A stretch of DNA of 50,770 nucleotides from a virus (IMGVR_UViG_3300048839_000493:1-50770), one strand, 5' to 3'. Positions 1 to 10,225 are shown, numbered from the stretch's first letter. Numbers and translations are program-made. Notes: a model not told the origin generated them from the letters alone.

Positions 1-15
1 AACGGATCGGCAAAG
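1..15. repeat. Terminal direct repeat, left copy (AACGGATCGGCAAAG)
   Basis: Positions 1-15 are identical to 50756-50770, consistent with a circular or complete assembly. Confidence 0.9.
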
Positions 16-76
16 CGCGATTTTTTTGTAGGCATAAGGCCCAAAACTGAGTTGACATTATAGCTAAGGATTTGAC

Positions 77-610
77 ATGCCGGTTTACTTGAACGCCGCA
101 CAATACGCCGAACATCGTGGAGTAAAGCGGGCGATGGTCGGTAAATACATAAGTAGCGGGAAGTTATCAAAGTCTATCAAGAAGGTTGGAATCAGGTATC
201 AGATAGACCGTGATAAAGCGGATGAGGAACTGTCCCAAAACCTCGATCAGTTGCACAGCAGGAAGAAAAAAAAGCCGGACAAAACAGAAGTGAAAAAAGT
301 GGTGCACGATGCAGGATTTGACGGGCTGACACTGATGGAGGCGCAGACAGAAAATCAGAAATACGCCGCCGCCCTCAAGAAGCTCGATTTTGAAAAAAGA
401 AAGGGCGAACTTGTCCTGGCGAGTGATGTTAAAAAAGCAATGTCAAATATCATCATGACGGCCCGGGGAGGGGTGATTGCGTGGAAAGGACGGATCGCAC
501 CAATTTTGAAAGAGTTCCTGCCTAACCCTGCACAGTTCGGCCGGTGTATGGAAGCCGTTGACGATTTGACAGACGAGATACTCCAGGGGCTTGCTGATGC
601 AAATCGATGA
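77..610 (+). CDS. terS: Terminase small subunit
   Basis: N-terminal wHTH-like segment (AQYAEHRGVKRAMVGKYI) and KLDFEKRKGELV motif typical of Nu1-like subunits; overlaps the start of terL. Confidence 0.85.
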   Translation: MPVYLNAAQYAEHRGVKRAMVGKYISSGKLSKSIKKVGIRYQIDRDKADEELSQNLDQLHSRKKKKPDKTEVKKVVHDAGFDGLTLMEAQTENQKYAAALKKLDFEKRKGELVLASDVKKAMSNIIMTARGGVIAWKGRIAPILKEFLPNPAQFGRCMEAVDDLTDEILQGLADANR

Positions 611-2426
611 GATAGTTTCGCAATGTCAATCATTGTGGAAGCCACCCGAGAAACTCAAACTGTCTGAGTGGGCAGACAAGTATTTCCGACTGTCCCCTGA
701 GTCCTCGGCAGATGTCGGGAGATGGCGATGTTACCCGTACCAGAGAGAAATCCTTGACGCACTGGTGGACCCGTCAATCGAAATCGTAACCTGGATGAAA
801 TCGGCTCGAACCGGCTATACAAAGATGCTCGACATTGACACGGCTTTCCATATCGCACAGGAACCGTGTTCACAGCTCATCGTTCAGCCAACCGTTGAGG
901 ACGCGGCAGGATACAGCAAAGACGAAATCGCGCCAATGCTTCGAGACGTTCCTGTCCTTGAGGGGCTCGTTTTCGAGGCAAAGTCCAGGGACTCAAACAA
1001 CACGATCTTGAAAAAGTCCTACCCTGGCGGGATCCTGCATCTTGTCGGAGCAAATTCGGCCAGGGGTTTCCGGCGCATTACGGTTAAGCGGGTCAAATTT
1101 GATGAGGTGGACGGCTATCCCCCGACCGCCGGTCATGAGGGTGATCAGATAAAGCTCGGGTCCATGAGGTCAAGCACGTTTTGGGATAGGAAAATCATCA
1201 TAGGATCAACGCCGACAATCAAGGGGATTTCCAGAGTCGAAAAATCCTTCCTTGAGTCGGATCAGCGTTATAGGTTTCTCCCGTGTCCGTATTGTGGTGG
1301 CTTTCAGGTGTTGAAATTCAGGAATATCAGGTGGCCGAAAAACGAGCCGGAGAAGGCACAATATCAGTGTGAGTTCTGCGAGAAACTCATTCCTCACAGC
1401 ATGAAACGCCAGATGGACGAGCGGGGGGAGTGGAGAGCAACACAGCCGTTTAAGGGCCACGCAGGGTTTCACATATGGGCCGGCTATTCGTATTCACCGA
1501 ACTCAACCTGGGCCGATATTGCCGAGGAGTTTTTGAAGGTCAAGGCCGACCGAGAGCAGTTAAAGACTTTTACGAATACCGTCCTCGGGGAGACCTGGGA
1601 GGAAGATGGCGATCAACCAGAATGGGAAAAACTGTCCGCCCGGTCAGAGCCGTACAGGATTTTGAATATCCCGTATCGTGGTCAACTTCTCGTTGCTGGA
1701 GTTGATACCCAGGACAACCGCTTGGAGGTTGTGATTATTGCTTACGGCGCCGGAGAGGAATCCTGGGTGATTTACCGGGCCACGCTTTACGGGGATCCGG
1801 ATCAGCCAGAAGTGTGGAGACAGCTCGATGAGATCCTCGGCAAGGCGTATCCCCATGAGTCCGGCGCTGATCTTCACATCGAGGCCATGGCTGTTGACAC
1901 GGGCGGCCACAAAACCCAGGCTGTCTATAATTATTGCCGTGCCAGGGGCCCTGTGGCTTTCGCTGTCAAGGGACAATCTCAACCCGGTAAGCCAGTGTAC
2001 GGCAGGCCGACGCAGCAGGATGTTGACTACCTCGGACGGGTCATTAAAAACGGGGTGCAACTCTACCCTGTCGGGTCAGACGTGGCAAAAGGCGTGATCT
2101 ATAATCGCCTTCGCCTGACACAGCACGGACCCGGGTTTATTCATTTCCCCATCGGCCTTGACGATGATTTTTACCTCCAGTTGACGGCGGAAAAAAACGT
2201 CAAGCGATTTGACCTGAAGGGGCGCGAGGTGCGGGAGTGGGTTAAGGTCCGGGAGAGGAACGACGTCCTTGACTGCTTTGTCTACGCCTATGCAGCGGCA
2301 CTGAAGGCGGGCGTTCAGCATCGGAATTGGAGTGAGAGAGACGACCAAATCCGAAGCGTTGCAAACAAAACCCAGGTCAACGTTCAACAGCAAAAACGGC
2401 GCATCTTAAACAGGGGAATCCAATGA
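591..2426 (+). CDS. terL: Terminase large subunit, lambda GpA family
   Basis: EWAD, PYQREI, KSARTGYT Walker A, FDEVD Walker B, GSTPT, CPYCG Zn motif and GVDTQ nuclease motif. The start may be ATG 597. Confidence 0.95.
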   Translation: MLMQIDEIVSQCQSLWKPPEKLKLSEWADKYFRLSPESSADVGRWRCYPYQREILDALVDPSIEIVTWMKSARTGYTKMLDIDTAFHIAQEPCSQLIVQPTVEDAAGYSKDEIAPMLRDVPVLEGLVFEAKSRDSNNTILKKSYPGGILHLVGANSARGFRRITVKRVKFDEVDGYPPTAGHEGDQIKLGSMRSSTFWDRKIIIGSTPTIKGISRVEKSFLESDQRYRFLPCPYCGGFQVLKFRNIRWPKNEPEKAQYQCEFCEKLIPHSMKRQMDERGEWRATQPFKGHAGFHIWAGYSYSPNSTWADIAEEFLKVKADREQLKTFTNTVLGETWEEDGDQPEWEKLSARSEPYRILNIPYRGQLLVAGVDTQDNRLEVVIIAYGAGEESWVIYRATLYGDPDQPEVWRQLDEILGKAYPHESGADLHIEAMAVDTGGHKTQAVYNYCRARGPVAFAVKGQSQPGKPVYGRPTQQDVDYLGRVIKNGVQLYPVGSDVAKGVIYNRLRLTQHGPGFIHFPIGLDDDFYLQLTAEKNVKRFDLKGREVREWVKVRERNDVLDCFVYAYAAALKAGVQHRNWSERDDQIRSVANKTQVNVQQQKRRILNRGIQ

Positions 2427-2701
2427 TCTACTGCACAGTATGTCAGAACTGGGAACGCTGCAAGCCTGAAGACGTTTGGGCGTGTACACGAATTTTCGAC
2501 AAAGCAAGCGGCAACTGGAGGCTCAGATGTATCCCGCGCGATTTCAAGCCAGCGTCTTCACCGTCGCCAGAATTTTGTCCAGAATGCGGCGCAGATAACA
2601 GGGTAAATTGGACTCGGAAGAAAGACAACGGTATCCGTAGGGGCTACAAATGCCCGTCTTGTGGGTACATTTTGAAAACTACTGAAATAATCACAAAATA
2701 A
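2423..2701 (+). CDS. Zinc-ribbon protein, possible transcription regulator
   Basis: CPECG...RRGYKCPSCG C-terminal ribbon; ATGA coupling to terL. Confidence 0.6.
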   Translation: MIYCTVCQNWERCKPEDVWACTRIFDKASGNWRLRCIPRDFKPASSPSPEFCPECGADNRVNWTRKKDNGIRRGYKCPSCGYILKTTEIITK

Positions 2702-2762
2702 TCCCTCCTATTACATACCTGTAACGCCCGGAAAAGTCACTCGATGTACACTATGAGTGACT

Positions 2763-2957
2763 ATGGACGATACACAGAAATTCCTCGACAGAGGCGGCAA
2801 AATAATCAAATTGCCACCTATTGTTCGGCCAGAGTCCGCATCAGAATGCGTCAGGCCGCGAGGGGTTTCTTTTTTTGTATCGCCTGAATTTTACGACGGA
2901 ACCAATAGTGACGAAATCGGTTGCTACTGGGTTCCGTCATACGGGCGCAACGGGTAA
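2763..2957 (+). CDS. Small protein with SutA-like FLxRGGKI motif
   Basis: QKFLDRGGKIIKLP resembles the RNAP-binding motif of Pseudomonas SutA-like proteins; start is ATG 2763 or GTG 2757. Confidence 0.45.
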   Translation: MDDTQKFLDRGGKIIKLPPIVRPESASECVRPRGVSFFVSPEFYDGTNSDEIGCYWVPSYGRNG

Positions 2958-2959
2958 TC

Positions 2960-3175
2960 ATGTCAATCTCCCTCACCGAAGCAACCATACTTCGAGACGC
3001 CACAAAAGAGGCATACCTTGCCGCTCTCGCCTCGCAGCAGTACAGCAAGGGCGACCGTGCCAACCGTCGCGCCGATCTCGCCGTACTCGCCGCCGAACTC
3101 ATGAGATGGGAAAAAATCGTCCAGAGGCTTGAAAACGGCGGCGGCATCCGCATCACGGGGGCCACGCCGGTATGA
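2960..3175 (+). CDS. Head completion/head-tail joining protein (gpW-like)
   Basis: 71 aa directly before the portal; AYLAA...SQQYS...RRADL motif; ATGA coupling. Confidence 0.75.
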   Translation: MSISLTEATILRDATKEAYLAALASQQYSKGDRANRRADLAVLAAELMRWEKIVQRLENGGGIRITGATPV

Positions 3176-4755
3176 ATCTGCGCGAAGTGAAAGAGAAAAT
3201 CAGAAGCGTGAAACCGAACATGGTTGACCGTGTTGTCAACTATTTTTCCCCCGTTGCTGGTTCCAATCGTCTCCGAGCCCGTGCGGCGCAAGAAATCCTT
3301 GGCGGTTACGACGGGGCCAGCACATCCCGCCGCAGCCTGTCGGCATGGAAAACCCTCGGGTCTGACGCTGACACGGACATCCTTGACGACCTGCCGAAAC
3401 TCCGTGAACGATCCCGGGATCTCGTCCGCAATAATCCACTGGCCGCCGGTGCGATCAAAACGAAGGTCTCCAACGTCGTTGGTACCGGCCTTCGGCTCCA
3501 GTCTCACCTTGACCGGGAAGCCATTGGCCTTGATGACGACACAGCCGACGCCATCGAGCGACAGATCGAGCGTGAATTCCGGCTGTGGTGGGAGTCGAAA
3601 GACTGCGACATCACCAGGACGCAGACCGGCCACGGCATCACCAGGATGGTGTACCAGCAGAGCAAGGAGAACGGTGACGTTTTTGTGCTGCTGCCGATGA
3701 AGCCTGTCCCGACACTCCCGTATTCCAGGCGGCTCCAGGTGGTTGAGGCTGACCGGATCTGCAACCGCGACGACGCCATGGATACCGACAGGCTTGCCGG
3801 AGGTGTCGAGAAAGACGACTCAGGTGCACCCGTGGCGTATCACATAATGGACCAGCACCCGGGCGACATGACGACCGTCAAGCGGACGTGGACCGTTATC
3901 CCCGCCTATGGGCGCAAAACCGGCCTGCGGAATGTCATCCATCTATACAACCCGACTCGCCCCGGGCAGTCCCGTGGAGTCCCCGATCTTGCCGCAGTCA
4001 TCGAACCGTTGAAACAGCTTGGCCGCTACACAGACGCCGAGGTCATGGCCGCCGTGGTATCGGGCATGTTCACCGTTTTTATCGAGTCGGAAAATGGGGC
4101 CGGGACGTTCGACTACTCCAATCTTGGAACCGAGGTTTCCCGCTCGTCGTCCGACAAGGATATGAAGCTCGGCAACGGGATGATCGTTGAACTCGCCGCC
4201 GGCGAGAAGATCCACGATACAAACCCGGGGCGCCCAAACCAGGCATTTGACCCGTTTGTCCAGGCGATTCTCCGGCAGGTTGGTGTTGCCCTTGAAATCC
4301 CCTTCGAGATCCTGATCAAGCATTTCACCGCTTCGTACTCAGCGGCCAGGGCGGCCCTGCTCGAAATGTGGAAATACGTTCTATCGGAGCGCCGGTGGCT
4401 CGTTGACAACTTCCTCCGGCCCGTTTTCGAGGTCTGGTTTTACGAAGCCGTCGCCCTTGGTCGCATTCCGGCCCCAGGGTTCTTGTCTGACCCGGCTATC
4501 CGCGCCGCCTATCTGTCGTCCGACTGGGTAGGCCCTGCCCGTGGACAAATTGACGAACTCAAAGAGGTCAAGGCCGCCAGGGAACGCCTTGCCGCCGGCC
4601 TGACAACCCTGTCGCAGGAGACAGCAGAACTTACCGGCGGCGATTGGGAGCGAAATCACCCTCAGCAGGTCAAGGAAAACAACAAGCGCCTGGAGGACGG
4701 GCTCGTAACGCCGCCCATCGAACCTGGCGACGTGGAGGATACCGATGGAAATTGA
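3172..4755 (+). CDS. Portal protein, lambda family
   Basis: LRERSRDLVRNNPLA, RPGQSRGVP and SYSAARAALLE motifs. Confidence 0.95.
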   Translation: MNLREVKEKIRSVKPNMVDRVVNYFSPVAGSNRLRARAAQEILGGYDGASTSRRSLSAWKTLGSDADTDILDDLPKLRERSRDLVRNNPLAAGAIKTKVSNVVGTGLRLQSHLDREAIGLDDDTADAIERQIEREFRLWWESKDCDITRTQTGHGITRMVYQQSKENGDVFVLLPMKPVPTLPYSRRLQVVEADRICNRDDAMDTDRLAGGVEKDDSGAPVAYHIMDQHPGDMTTVKRTWTVIPAYGRKTGLRNVIHLYNPTRPGQSRGVPDLAAVIEPLKQLGRYTDAEVMAAVVSGMFTVFIESENGAGTFDYSNLGTEVSRSSSDKDMKLGNGMIVELAAGEKIHDTNPGRPNQAFDPFVQAILRQVGVALEIPFEILIKHFTASYSAARAALLEMWKYVLSERRWLVDNFLRPVFEVWFYEAVALGRIPAPGFLSDPAIRAAYLSSDWVGPARGQIDELKEVKAARERLAAGLTTLSQETAELTGGDWERNHPQQVKENNKRLEDGLVTPPIEPGDVEDTDGN

Positions 4756-5767
4756 CCTGAAAAACGCAAAGTGTACCGAACTATCAATCGAGACGCCAGT
4801 CATAACGCTTGCCAAAGAAGAAGGCAAGCGCGGCGAGTTTGTTATTGAAGCCTACACAGGGGCAGTTGTTGAGCGATGGTGGGGGAAACTTGCCATCGAC
4901 ATAGACGGCATATCGGCTCCATCAAAAATGCCGAACTTCTTCAATCATGACCACGGGCAGATTGTCGGTTTTTCAACGAAATCCTGGAAAGACGGCAGTT
5001 TTTTTGTCGCTGGCAAGTTTTCCAAATCAACAGAGGCGGCCAAAGAAGTCCAGGGACTTGCCGACGAGGAATTCCCCTGGCAGGCGTCTATCGGGGTGCG
5101 TGCCAAGAAGGTCATGCAGTTAGAGGAAGGTGTGTCTCATGTAGTCAATGGGGCACAGCTTGACGGCCCCGCCGAAATCTGGACCGAATCCGAAGTTTTT
5201 GAAGTTTCCTTTGTACCATTTGGTGCGGACGGTAACACCAAAGTCTCAACGTTTTCAAAATTCGCAGAAGCCTCGCCGCAGGGCGAGATACCCAAACCGG
5301 CAGAGAAAGGAGACATCCACATGCCGATCACCATTGCATCACTCACAGCCGAAGCGCCCGCCCTGCTGGCCGAAATTCAGACCGCAGCCAAGGCCGAAGG
5401 CGCAAACGCAGAGCGCGAGAGAATCAAGGGCGTCCTGGCTCAGTCCCTCCCGGGGCATGAGGCCATCGTCCAGAAACTCGCTTTCGACGGATCGACCAAC
5501 CCTGACCAGGCCGCCGTTGCCGTATTGGCAGCAGAAAGGGCCATGAGGGCAAGCGCCGTCCAGGATCTTCACGCCGACGCCGTTCCGCCCGTCCCGGCAC
5601 CAGCCGCACCTCCGGCCCCCAAGGCGCCCGAACAGCCGACCACTAAGGAGGCTTTCGAGGCTGACAAGGCCCTGGTGGCCGAGTTCGGCGACTGGGACAC
5701 CTACAACGCTTACCTGGCGGCCACTGAGCGCGGTCTCGTCCGCATCCTCAAAAACAAGGAGAGATAA
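4745..5767 (+). CDS. Prohead maturation protease with C-terminal scaffold
   Basis: AYTG, FFNHD (His), WQASIG (Ser) and EVSFVPFGAD, followed by an Ala/Pro-rich helical C-terminal half. Confidence 0.85.
   Translation: MEIDLKNAKCTELSIETPVITLAKEEGKRGEFVIEAYTGAVVERWWGKLAIDIDGISAPSKMPNFFNHDHGQIVGFSTKSWKDGSFFVAGKFSKSTEAAKEVQGLADEEFPWQASIGVRAKKVMQLEEGVSHVVNGAQLDGPAEIWTESEVFEVSFVPFGADGNTKVSTFSKFAEASPQGEIPKPAEKGDIHMPITIASLTAEAPALLAEIQTAAKAEGANAERERIKGVLAQSLPGHEAIVQKLAFDGSTNPDQAAVAVLAAERAMRASAVQDLHADAVPPVPAPAAPPAPKAPEQPTTKEAFEADKALVAEFGDWDTYNAYLAATERGLVRILKNKER
5321..5767 (+). CDS. Nested in-frame scaffolding protein (lambda Nu3 / Mu Z-like)
   Basis: Internal strong RBS AAAGGAGA at 5306-5313 precedes an in-frame ATG at 5321, at the protease/scaffold boundary. 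Confidence 0.65.
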   Translation: MPITIASLTAEAPALLAEIQTAAKAEGANAERERIKGVLAQSLPGHEAIVQKLAFDGSTNPDQAAVAVLAAERAMRASAVQDLHADAVPPVPAPAAPPAPKAPEQPTTKEAFEADKALVAEFGDWDTYNAYLAATERGLVRILKNKER

Positions 5768-5770
5768 GCC

Positions 5771-6538
5771 ATGACCACCCTTGCAGCAGATACCCCGAGG
5801 GCGTTTGAACTGGGCGACAGGAATGAGTTCCCCGTGGTTGCCTCAGACATCATCTATGAAGGCGCAGCCGTCGGCATTGTTCTCGCCTCCGGCCATGCCC
5901 GCCCGCTCACCTCCGTGGATCGGTTCGTCGGTTTCGCGGAAAAAACCGTTGACAACAGCTCCGGTGCCGCCGCCGCCCTGAACGTCAGGGTTGTGAAAAA
6001 AGGTATGGTGAAGCTCGCCATTTCCGGCGCAGTCATCACCGACATCAACCTGCCCGTCTACGCCAGCGACGACAATACTTTCTCGTTCCTGAAGACCGGA
6101 GCGGTTTTCGTCGGTTTCAGCCGCCGTTTCGTATCCTCCGGGTACATGATGGTGGAGTTCGACGCCGGGGTACTCACCGATCCCCACGATGGCCTGTTCG
6201 CCGAGTCGAGCGCAGTGGATCTGACCGTCGATGCCCAGGACACCGGGAAGGTTATTTTCATCACCGCCGATGCCAAAACCGTGACCCTTCCCGCCGTCGA
6301 AGGCGTTGGCAAGGTCCGCGTTGTTAATGGCGGCGCTTTCGGCACACAGCTCGTCACCATCGCCCCCAACGGCTCAGACATGATCGAGGGCACCAATACA
6401 GCCGTCACCGATGCCGACACCTGGGCCAACACCAAGGCGACCGCCTGCCGTGGCGACTACGTGGACATCGAGTATGGCGATTCAGCCGGATGGGCGATCA
6501 CCGCCAAGCGCGGAACCTGGGCCCTGACCGCCGTCTAA
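5771..6538 (+). CDS. Capsid decoration/cement protein with C-terminal extension
   Basis: IYEGAAVG...FVGFA...VYASDDNTF (DUF2190-like) N-domain; lies between scaffold and major capsid genes. Confidence 0.7.
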   Translation: MTTLAADTPRAFELGDRNEFPVVASDIIYEGAAVGIVLASGHARPLTSVDRFVGFAEKTVDNSSGAAAALNVRVVKKGMVKLAISGAVITDINLPVYASDDNTFSFLKTGAVFVGFSRRFVSSGYMMVEFDAGVLTDPHDGLFAESSAVDLTVDAQDTGKVIFITADAKTVTLPAVEGVGKVRVVNGGAFGTQLVTIAPNGSDMIEGTNTAVTDADTWANTKATACRGDYVDIEYGDSAGWAITAKRGTWALTAV

Positions 6539-6565
6539 CCGACACTGACAAGGAGATAATGCAAA

Positions 6566-7522
6566 ATGGGTGCGAACCTCATAACCGAACGGCAGATCAT
6601 CGGAACTTTCTACAAGGCGCTGTCTCAGAACGTAGGCGCCGAGTGGATCGGTTCCGTCTCCAACTACTTCACCAGTGACCAGGCATCCGAGACATACGCC
6701 TGGCTAGGCATGTCACCGCTCATGCGTGAGTGGATCGGCGGCCGGCAGACCAACGGCATCAAAGAGAATAGTCTGACCATCCGCAACAAGCATTACGAGG
6801 CCACCATGGAAGTGCTTGTCCGCGACCTGCGCCGGGACAAAACCGGGCAGATCATGGTCAGAATCGAAGAAATGGCACGGAGAGCAAACGCTCACTGGGC
6901 CAAACTCCTGACCGACCTCATCGACGCCGGAGCGGCGACCGCCTGCTACGATGGCAAGTACTTTTTCGCGACCGATCACGAAGAGGGTGAGTCCGGGGCG
7001 CAGTCCAACGCGATCAGCTCCGACATCAGCGAGTACCCCGTCATCGAAACCGGGACGACATCCCTCCCGGCCGTGACGGAGATGCAGTATTCCATCGCCA
7101 AGGGCATTGAAGCCATCGCCGGGTTCAAAGATGACAAGGGGCAACCCATGAACGAGGATGCCATGTCCTTCCTGATCATGTGCCCGGTCACCATGATGAA
7201 CGTGGTCATGCAGGCCGTTCAGACGCCCGTCCAGGTCGCCGAAACCCAGTCCGCCCTGAGCGCCCTGAAGAACAAATTCAGGATCGACTGGGCCGTCAAT
7301 GCCCGTCTCGGTTCCGGGTGGGCCTCCAAGTTCGTCATCTTCCGCACCGATGCCGCGATCAAGTCGCTGATCCGTCAGGAGGAAACCGGCGTGGTGATGA
7401 AAGTCAAGGGCGCCGGGTCCGAGTTCGAATTCGACAACGACGCCCATCAGTACGGAATCGACACCTGGCGGAACGTGGGTTACGGCTACTGGCAGAACGC
7501 CTGCCAGGTCACCCTGACCTAA
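6566..7522 (+). CDS. Major capsid protein, Mu gpT-like
   Basis: ETYAWLG..P.MREWIG.R, CYDGKYFFATDH and YGIDTWRNVGYGYWQ motifs. Confidence 0.9.
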   Translation: MGANLITERQIIGTFYKALSQNVGAEWIGSVSNYFTSDQASETYAWLGMSPLMREWIGGRQTNGIKENSLTIRNKHYEATMEVLVRDLRRDKTGQIMVRIEEMARRANAHWAKLLTDLIDAGAATACYDGKYFFATDHEEGESGAQSNAISSDISEYPVIETGTTSLPAVTEMQYSIAKGIEAIAGFKDDKGQPMNEDAMSFLIMCPVTMMNVVMQAVQTPVQVAETQSALSALKNKFRIDWAVNARLGSGWASKFVIFRTDAAIKSLIRQEETGVVMKVKGAGSEFEFDNDAHQYGIDTWRNVGYGYWQNACQVTLT

Positions 7523-7531
7523 GAGGCAAAC

Positions 7532-7846
7532 ATGACCTTCAAAGAGCAGATGGCGGCGGACCTGTCAACGGTGTTTTTCAACACTGACGACTTCGCGGAA
7601 TCGGCAATTTACACGCCGGTTTCGGGGGCCGCCGTCGCCTGTTCTGTTTTGATTGATCACAACATTGAACTCCAGCCCTCCGGCCTGGATTCCCAGGTAT
7701 CGGTAACGGCCACGGTGATCGAGTCTATGGTTTCCGAGGTAGGTATCCCGGTTGTCGGCGCTACCTTCACCATCGGTTCGACCGAATACGAAATCCGGGA
7801 ACTCCTGGAAAACGACGGGCTCATCACCCGGGTGGCGGTGGCATGA
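7532..7846 (+). CDS. Head-tail joining protein (gpFII-like)
   Basis: MTFKEQMAADL..VFFN.DDFAE motif; position after the capsid gene. Confidence 0.75.
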   Translation: MTFKEQMAADLSTVFFNTDDFAESAIYTPVSGAAVACSVLIDHNIELQPSGLDSQVSVTATVIESMVSEVGIPVVGATFTIGSTEYEIRELLENDGLITRVAVA

Positions 7847-8466
7847 AAGTCGAGGTCAACAAGATCCAGCTCGACGCCGTGAAATCCGCATTGGCGGAGA
7901 TCAAAAACGGGGCTCCCCGGGCCATATCATCGGCCATGAACGCAACCATGACCACGGTGCAGACGCAGGCTGTCAAGGCCATCGGGCAGGATCTCAACCT
8001 TGCAGCCAAGCGGATCAAGTCAGATTTCAAGATCAAAAAAAGTTCCTGGAAAGACCTTGCTGGTTTCGTGTCGGCGACTGGAGCCCCGATCGGCTTGGTG
8101 AATTTCGCCGCCAGGCAGACCAAAACCGGAGTTACGGTCAAGGTCAAGCGCACCGGAGTACGGCGGCTGCTGCCTCATGCCTTCCTTGCCGCAGGCCGCA
8201 AACAGGCCGGGTATCATGTCTGGTGGCGGGCGAAAGTATGGGGTCGGCCTGTAAACCCGGCCCTGGCATACGGCAAACTGCCCAAAAAGTACCGTTTTCC
8301 AGAGGGGCCAAAGGGCGAGCGCGGAGTCCATCGCCTGACAGGCCCGCGCATTGAGGATATTTTCGCAGCAGACCGGATCTACAACCCCATACGGCTTTTG
8401 GCCGCTGAGAAGTTCGCGGAAAACTTGGTCAAAAAAACAGAGGAGACACTGAGGCGCTTTGGCTGA
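7843..8466 (+). CDS. Tail completion/minor tail protein (gpZ-like)
   Basis: Basic 207 aa protein with RAISSAMN...GVTVKV...HAF...LTGP pattern; neck-region position. Confidence 0.75.
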   Translation: MKVEVNKIQLDAVKSALAEIKNGAPRAISSAMNATMTTVQTQAVKAIGQDLNLAAKRIKSDFKIKKSSWKDLAGFVSATGAPIGLVNFAARQTKTGVTVKVKRTGVRRLLPHAFLAAGRKQAGYHVWWRAKVWGRPVNPALAYGKLPKKYRFPEGPKGERGVHRLTGPRIEDIFAADRIYNPIRLLAAEKFAENLVKKTEETLRRFG

Positions 8467-8887
8467 CACCATCAGAGAGCAGATTGTCCAGGCGTTCGTC
8501 ACCCGGGCCGGTGAGATCACAGGGTATTCCGTGGTCAGGTCGCGGAATCCGGTCAGCGAGTCGGACCTCCCGTGTATCAACGTCATCCCCGGGAGGGATC
8601 AGGCTGAAGCCAGGTACGGCAAGGTGGTGTCTGTTTTTCCGATCACCATCGAAGCCATCCAGACAACCGACCTCGACGCGGCCAGCGCGGCCCAGGAGGA
8701 TATGCTCGGTGATCTGCTGACCGCATTCACCGATCCATCTGACCCGGTATCAGCCCTGGCCGAGCACATCCGGTACACCGATGGCGGCCCGACCGGCATA
8801 AATCAAGCCAAGGACGCAGTGGTCGGGGTCTCGATCATCGTTGAAGTGAAATATAGCACAATTTTAGGTAACCCCTATAAACAATAA
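8459..8887 (+). CDS. Tail terminator (gpU-like)
   Basis: TIREQI...DLPCINV acidic protein directly before the major tail gene. Confidence 0.7.
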   Translation: MADTIREQIVQAFVTRAGEITGYSVVRSRNPVSESDLPCINVIPGRDQAEARYGKVVSVFPITIEAIQTTDLDAASAAQEDMLGDLLTAFTDPSDPVSALAEHIRYTDGGPTGINQAKDAVVGVSIIVEVKYSTILGNPYKQ

Positions 8888-8898
8888 GGAAAACCGCT

Positions 8899-10134
8899 AT
8901 GTCTTCAGACAATGCAGCAATCTACTACGAGGCCGCCCAGTCCGCCGTCGCCATGACGGAGCTTACGGACTCCGGCGACAATACCTTTTTCGAGAGCGGT
9001 GACGAACTCTGGTCCAACAAGGCCGGGTACGAGCCGAGCGTAAAACCAAACGGACTGGTGACCGGCGGGGCCGCATCGCCCGGTGCCGTCGCGGATCAGA
9101 TTTCCATGGCTGCGGCCACCGCTTACCTGGCCGGTGTTCTGACCAGCGTGGCCGCCGACACTGCTCTTGCTGTTGCTCGCCCCGATGCAACCCATCTCCT
9201 GCTGACCCTGGCCTCAAGCGGTTACACCAACTGCGTGGCGTCGGACATCGGGAAAACCGTAACCGGTGGGACCACTGGGGACACGGGCGTCTTGATCGCT
9301 TACAACAACACCACCCGGCAGTGGGTGGTTGACCAGACCGACTCAGGCGACACCTTCGACGACGACGACGAAGCATTGACCATCGGAACGGGGACCGGAG
9401 CCGGAGACATGGAGGGTGTCGCGGTCGCCGCGCCTTACAAAATCTGCTCGATCACCATCAACTCGTCCGGTGCCTGGGCCGTGGTCGCCGGGTATCAGGG
9501 GATCGCATTCAGTGATACCCGCGCCGCAGTCGGAGGCCCCCCGCTGATCCCGACGACCAGTATTGAGGTCGCCCAGGTCAAGTACACCAGCGGCTCGTCC
9601 GGCTTGCTCGTTGTGTCCAAGATCAAGCAGGTGGTCGGGACGTCGCAGGAAAGGTACGACTATCCCGCCTGGACGCAGAAACGTGTCAACGTGACGGCGG
9701 GTGTCATCGGCAACGCTGGTGTTGAGTTCGTCGCCGCTCTGCCGCTGATCCACACTGGTGGTGTGCCGAAAAAGGTGTATGCGAGCTACTACACCCCGGA
9801 ATTCGCAGAGGCCCCGAAGACCGCCGATTTCGTGCCGCCGGAAACCACACACAGTGTTTCTTCGACGCAGATTTACGGGCAGACCCTCGGTGCCACCAGT
9901 TCCACCCTCAACCAGGGTACGTTCAACTACTACCCGGAGGACGGGATTTCGGACGCCCTGATCCAGCAGAAAAACGAGCAGCTCTGGTTCAAATTCAAAC
10001 AGAACAAACTCAACAGCGCCTACATCCTGGCCCAGGGCAAGCTCGGGATCTCTCGGTCATTCCCGGCTGCGGACAACATTGTCGCCGCCTGCACCGTCAG
10101 CGCTGAAACCTCGGCCGTCGAGGTTTTCGCGTAG
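8899..10134 (+). CDS. Major tail tube protein
   Basis: Position between terminator and chaperone; beta-rich, Thr/Ser/Gly-rich, probably with extra domains. Confidence 0.7.
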   Translation: MSSDNAAIYYEAAQSAVAMTELTDSGDNTFFESGDELWSNKAGYEPSVKPNGLVTGGAASPGAVADQISMAAATAYLAGVLTSVAADTALAVARPDATHLLLTLASSGYTNCVASDIGKTVTGGTTGDTGVLIAYNNTTRQWVVDQTDSGDTFDDDDEALTIGTGTGAGDMEGVAVAAPYKICSITINSSGAWAVVAGYQGIAFSDTRAAVGGPPLIPTTSIEVAQVKYTSGSSGLLVVSKIKQVVGTSQERYDYPAWTQKRVNVTAGVIGNAGVEFVAALPLIHTGGVPKKVYASYYTPEFAEAPKTADFVPPETTHSVSSTQIYGQTLGATSSTLNQGTFNYYPEDGISDALIQQKNEQLWFKFKQNKLNSAYILAQGKLGISRSFPAADNIVAACTVSAETSAVEVFA

Positions 10135-10139
10135 TAGTC

Positions 10140-10204
10140 TCCCGGGGATAGGGCGCAAGCCCGAAAAGCGGAAACCAGCGCCGCATCCCCGGGAATCTCG
10201 CTGG
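10140..10204 (+). ncRNA. Candidate cis-regulatory structured RNA (3-way junction plus pseudoknot)
   Basis: P1 10140-10149/10185-10194 (10 bp perfect), P2 GGGC-GCAA-GCCC, GAAAA linker, P3 GCGG/CCGC; loop CCAGCG is complementary to CGCTGG at 10199-10204. Confidence 0.6.
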
Positions 10205-10225
10205 ATCAACAAGCTGGAGTTGATT

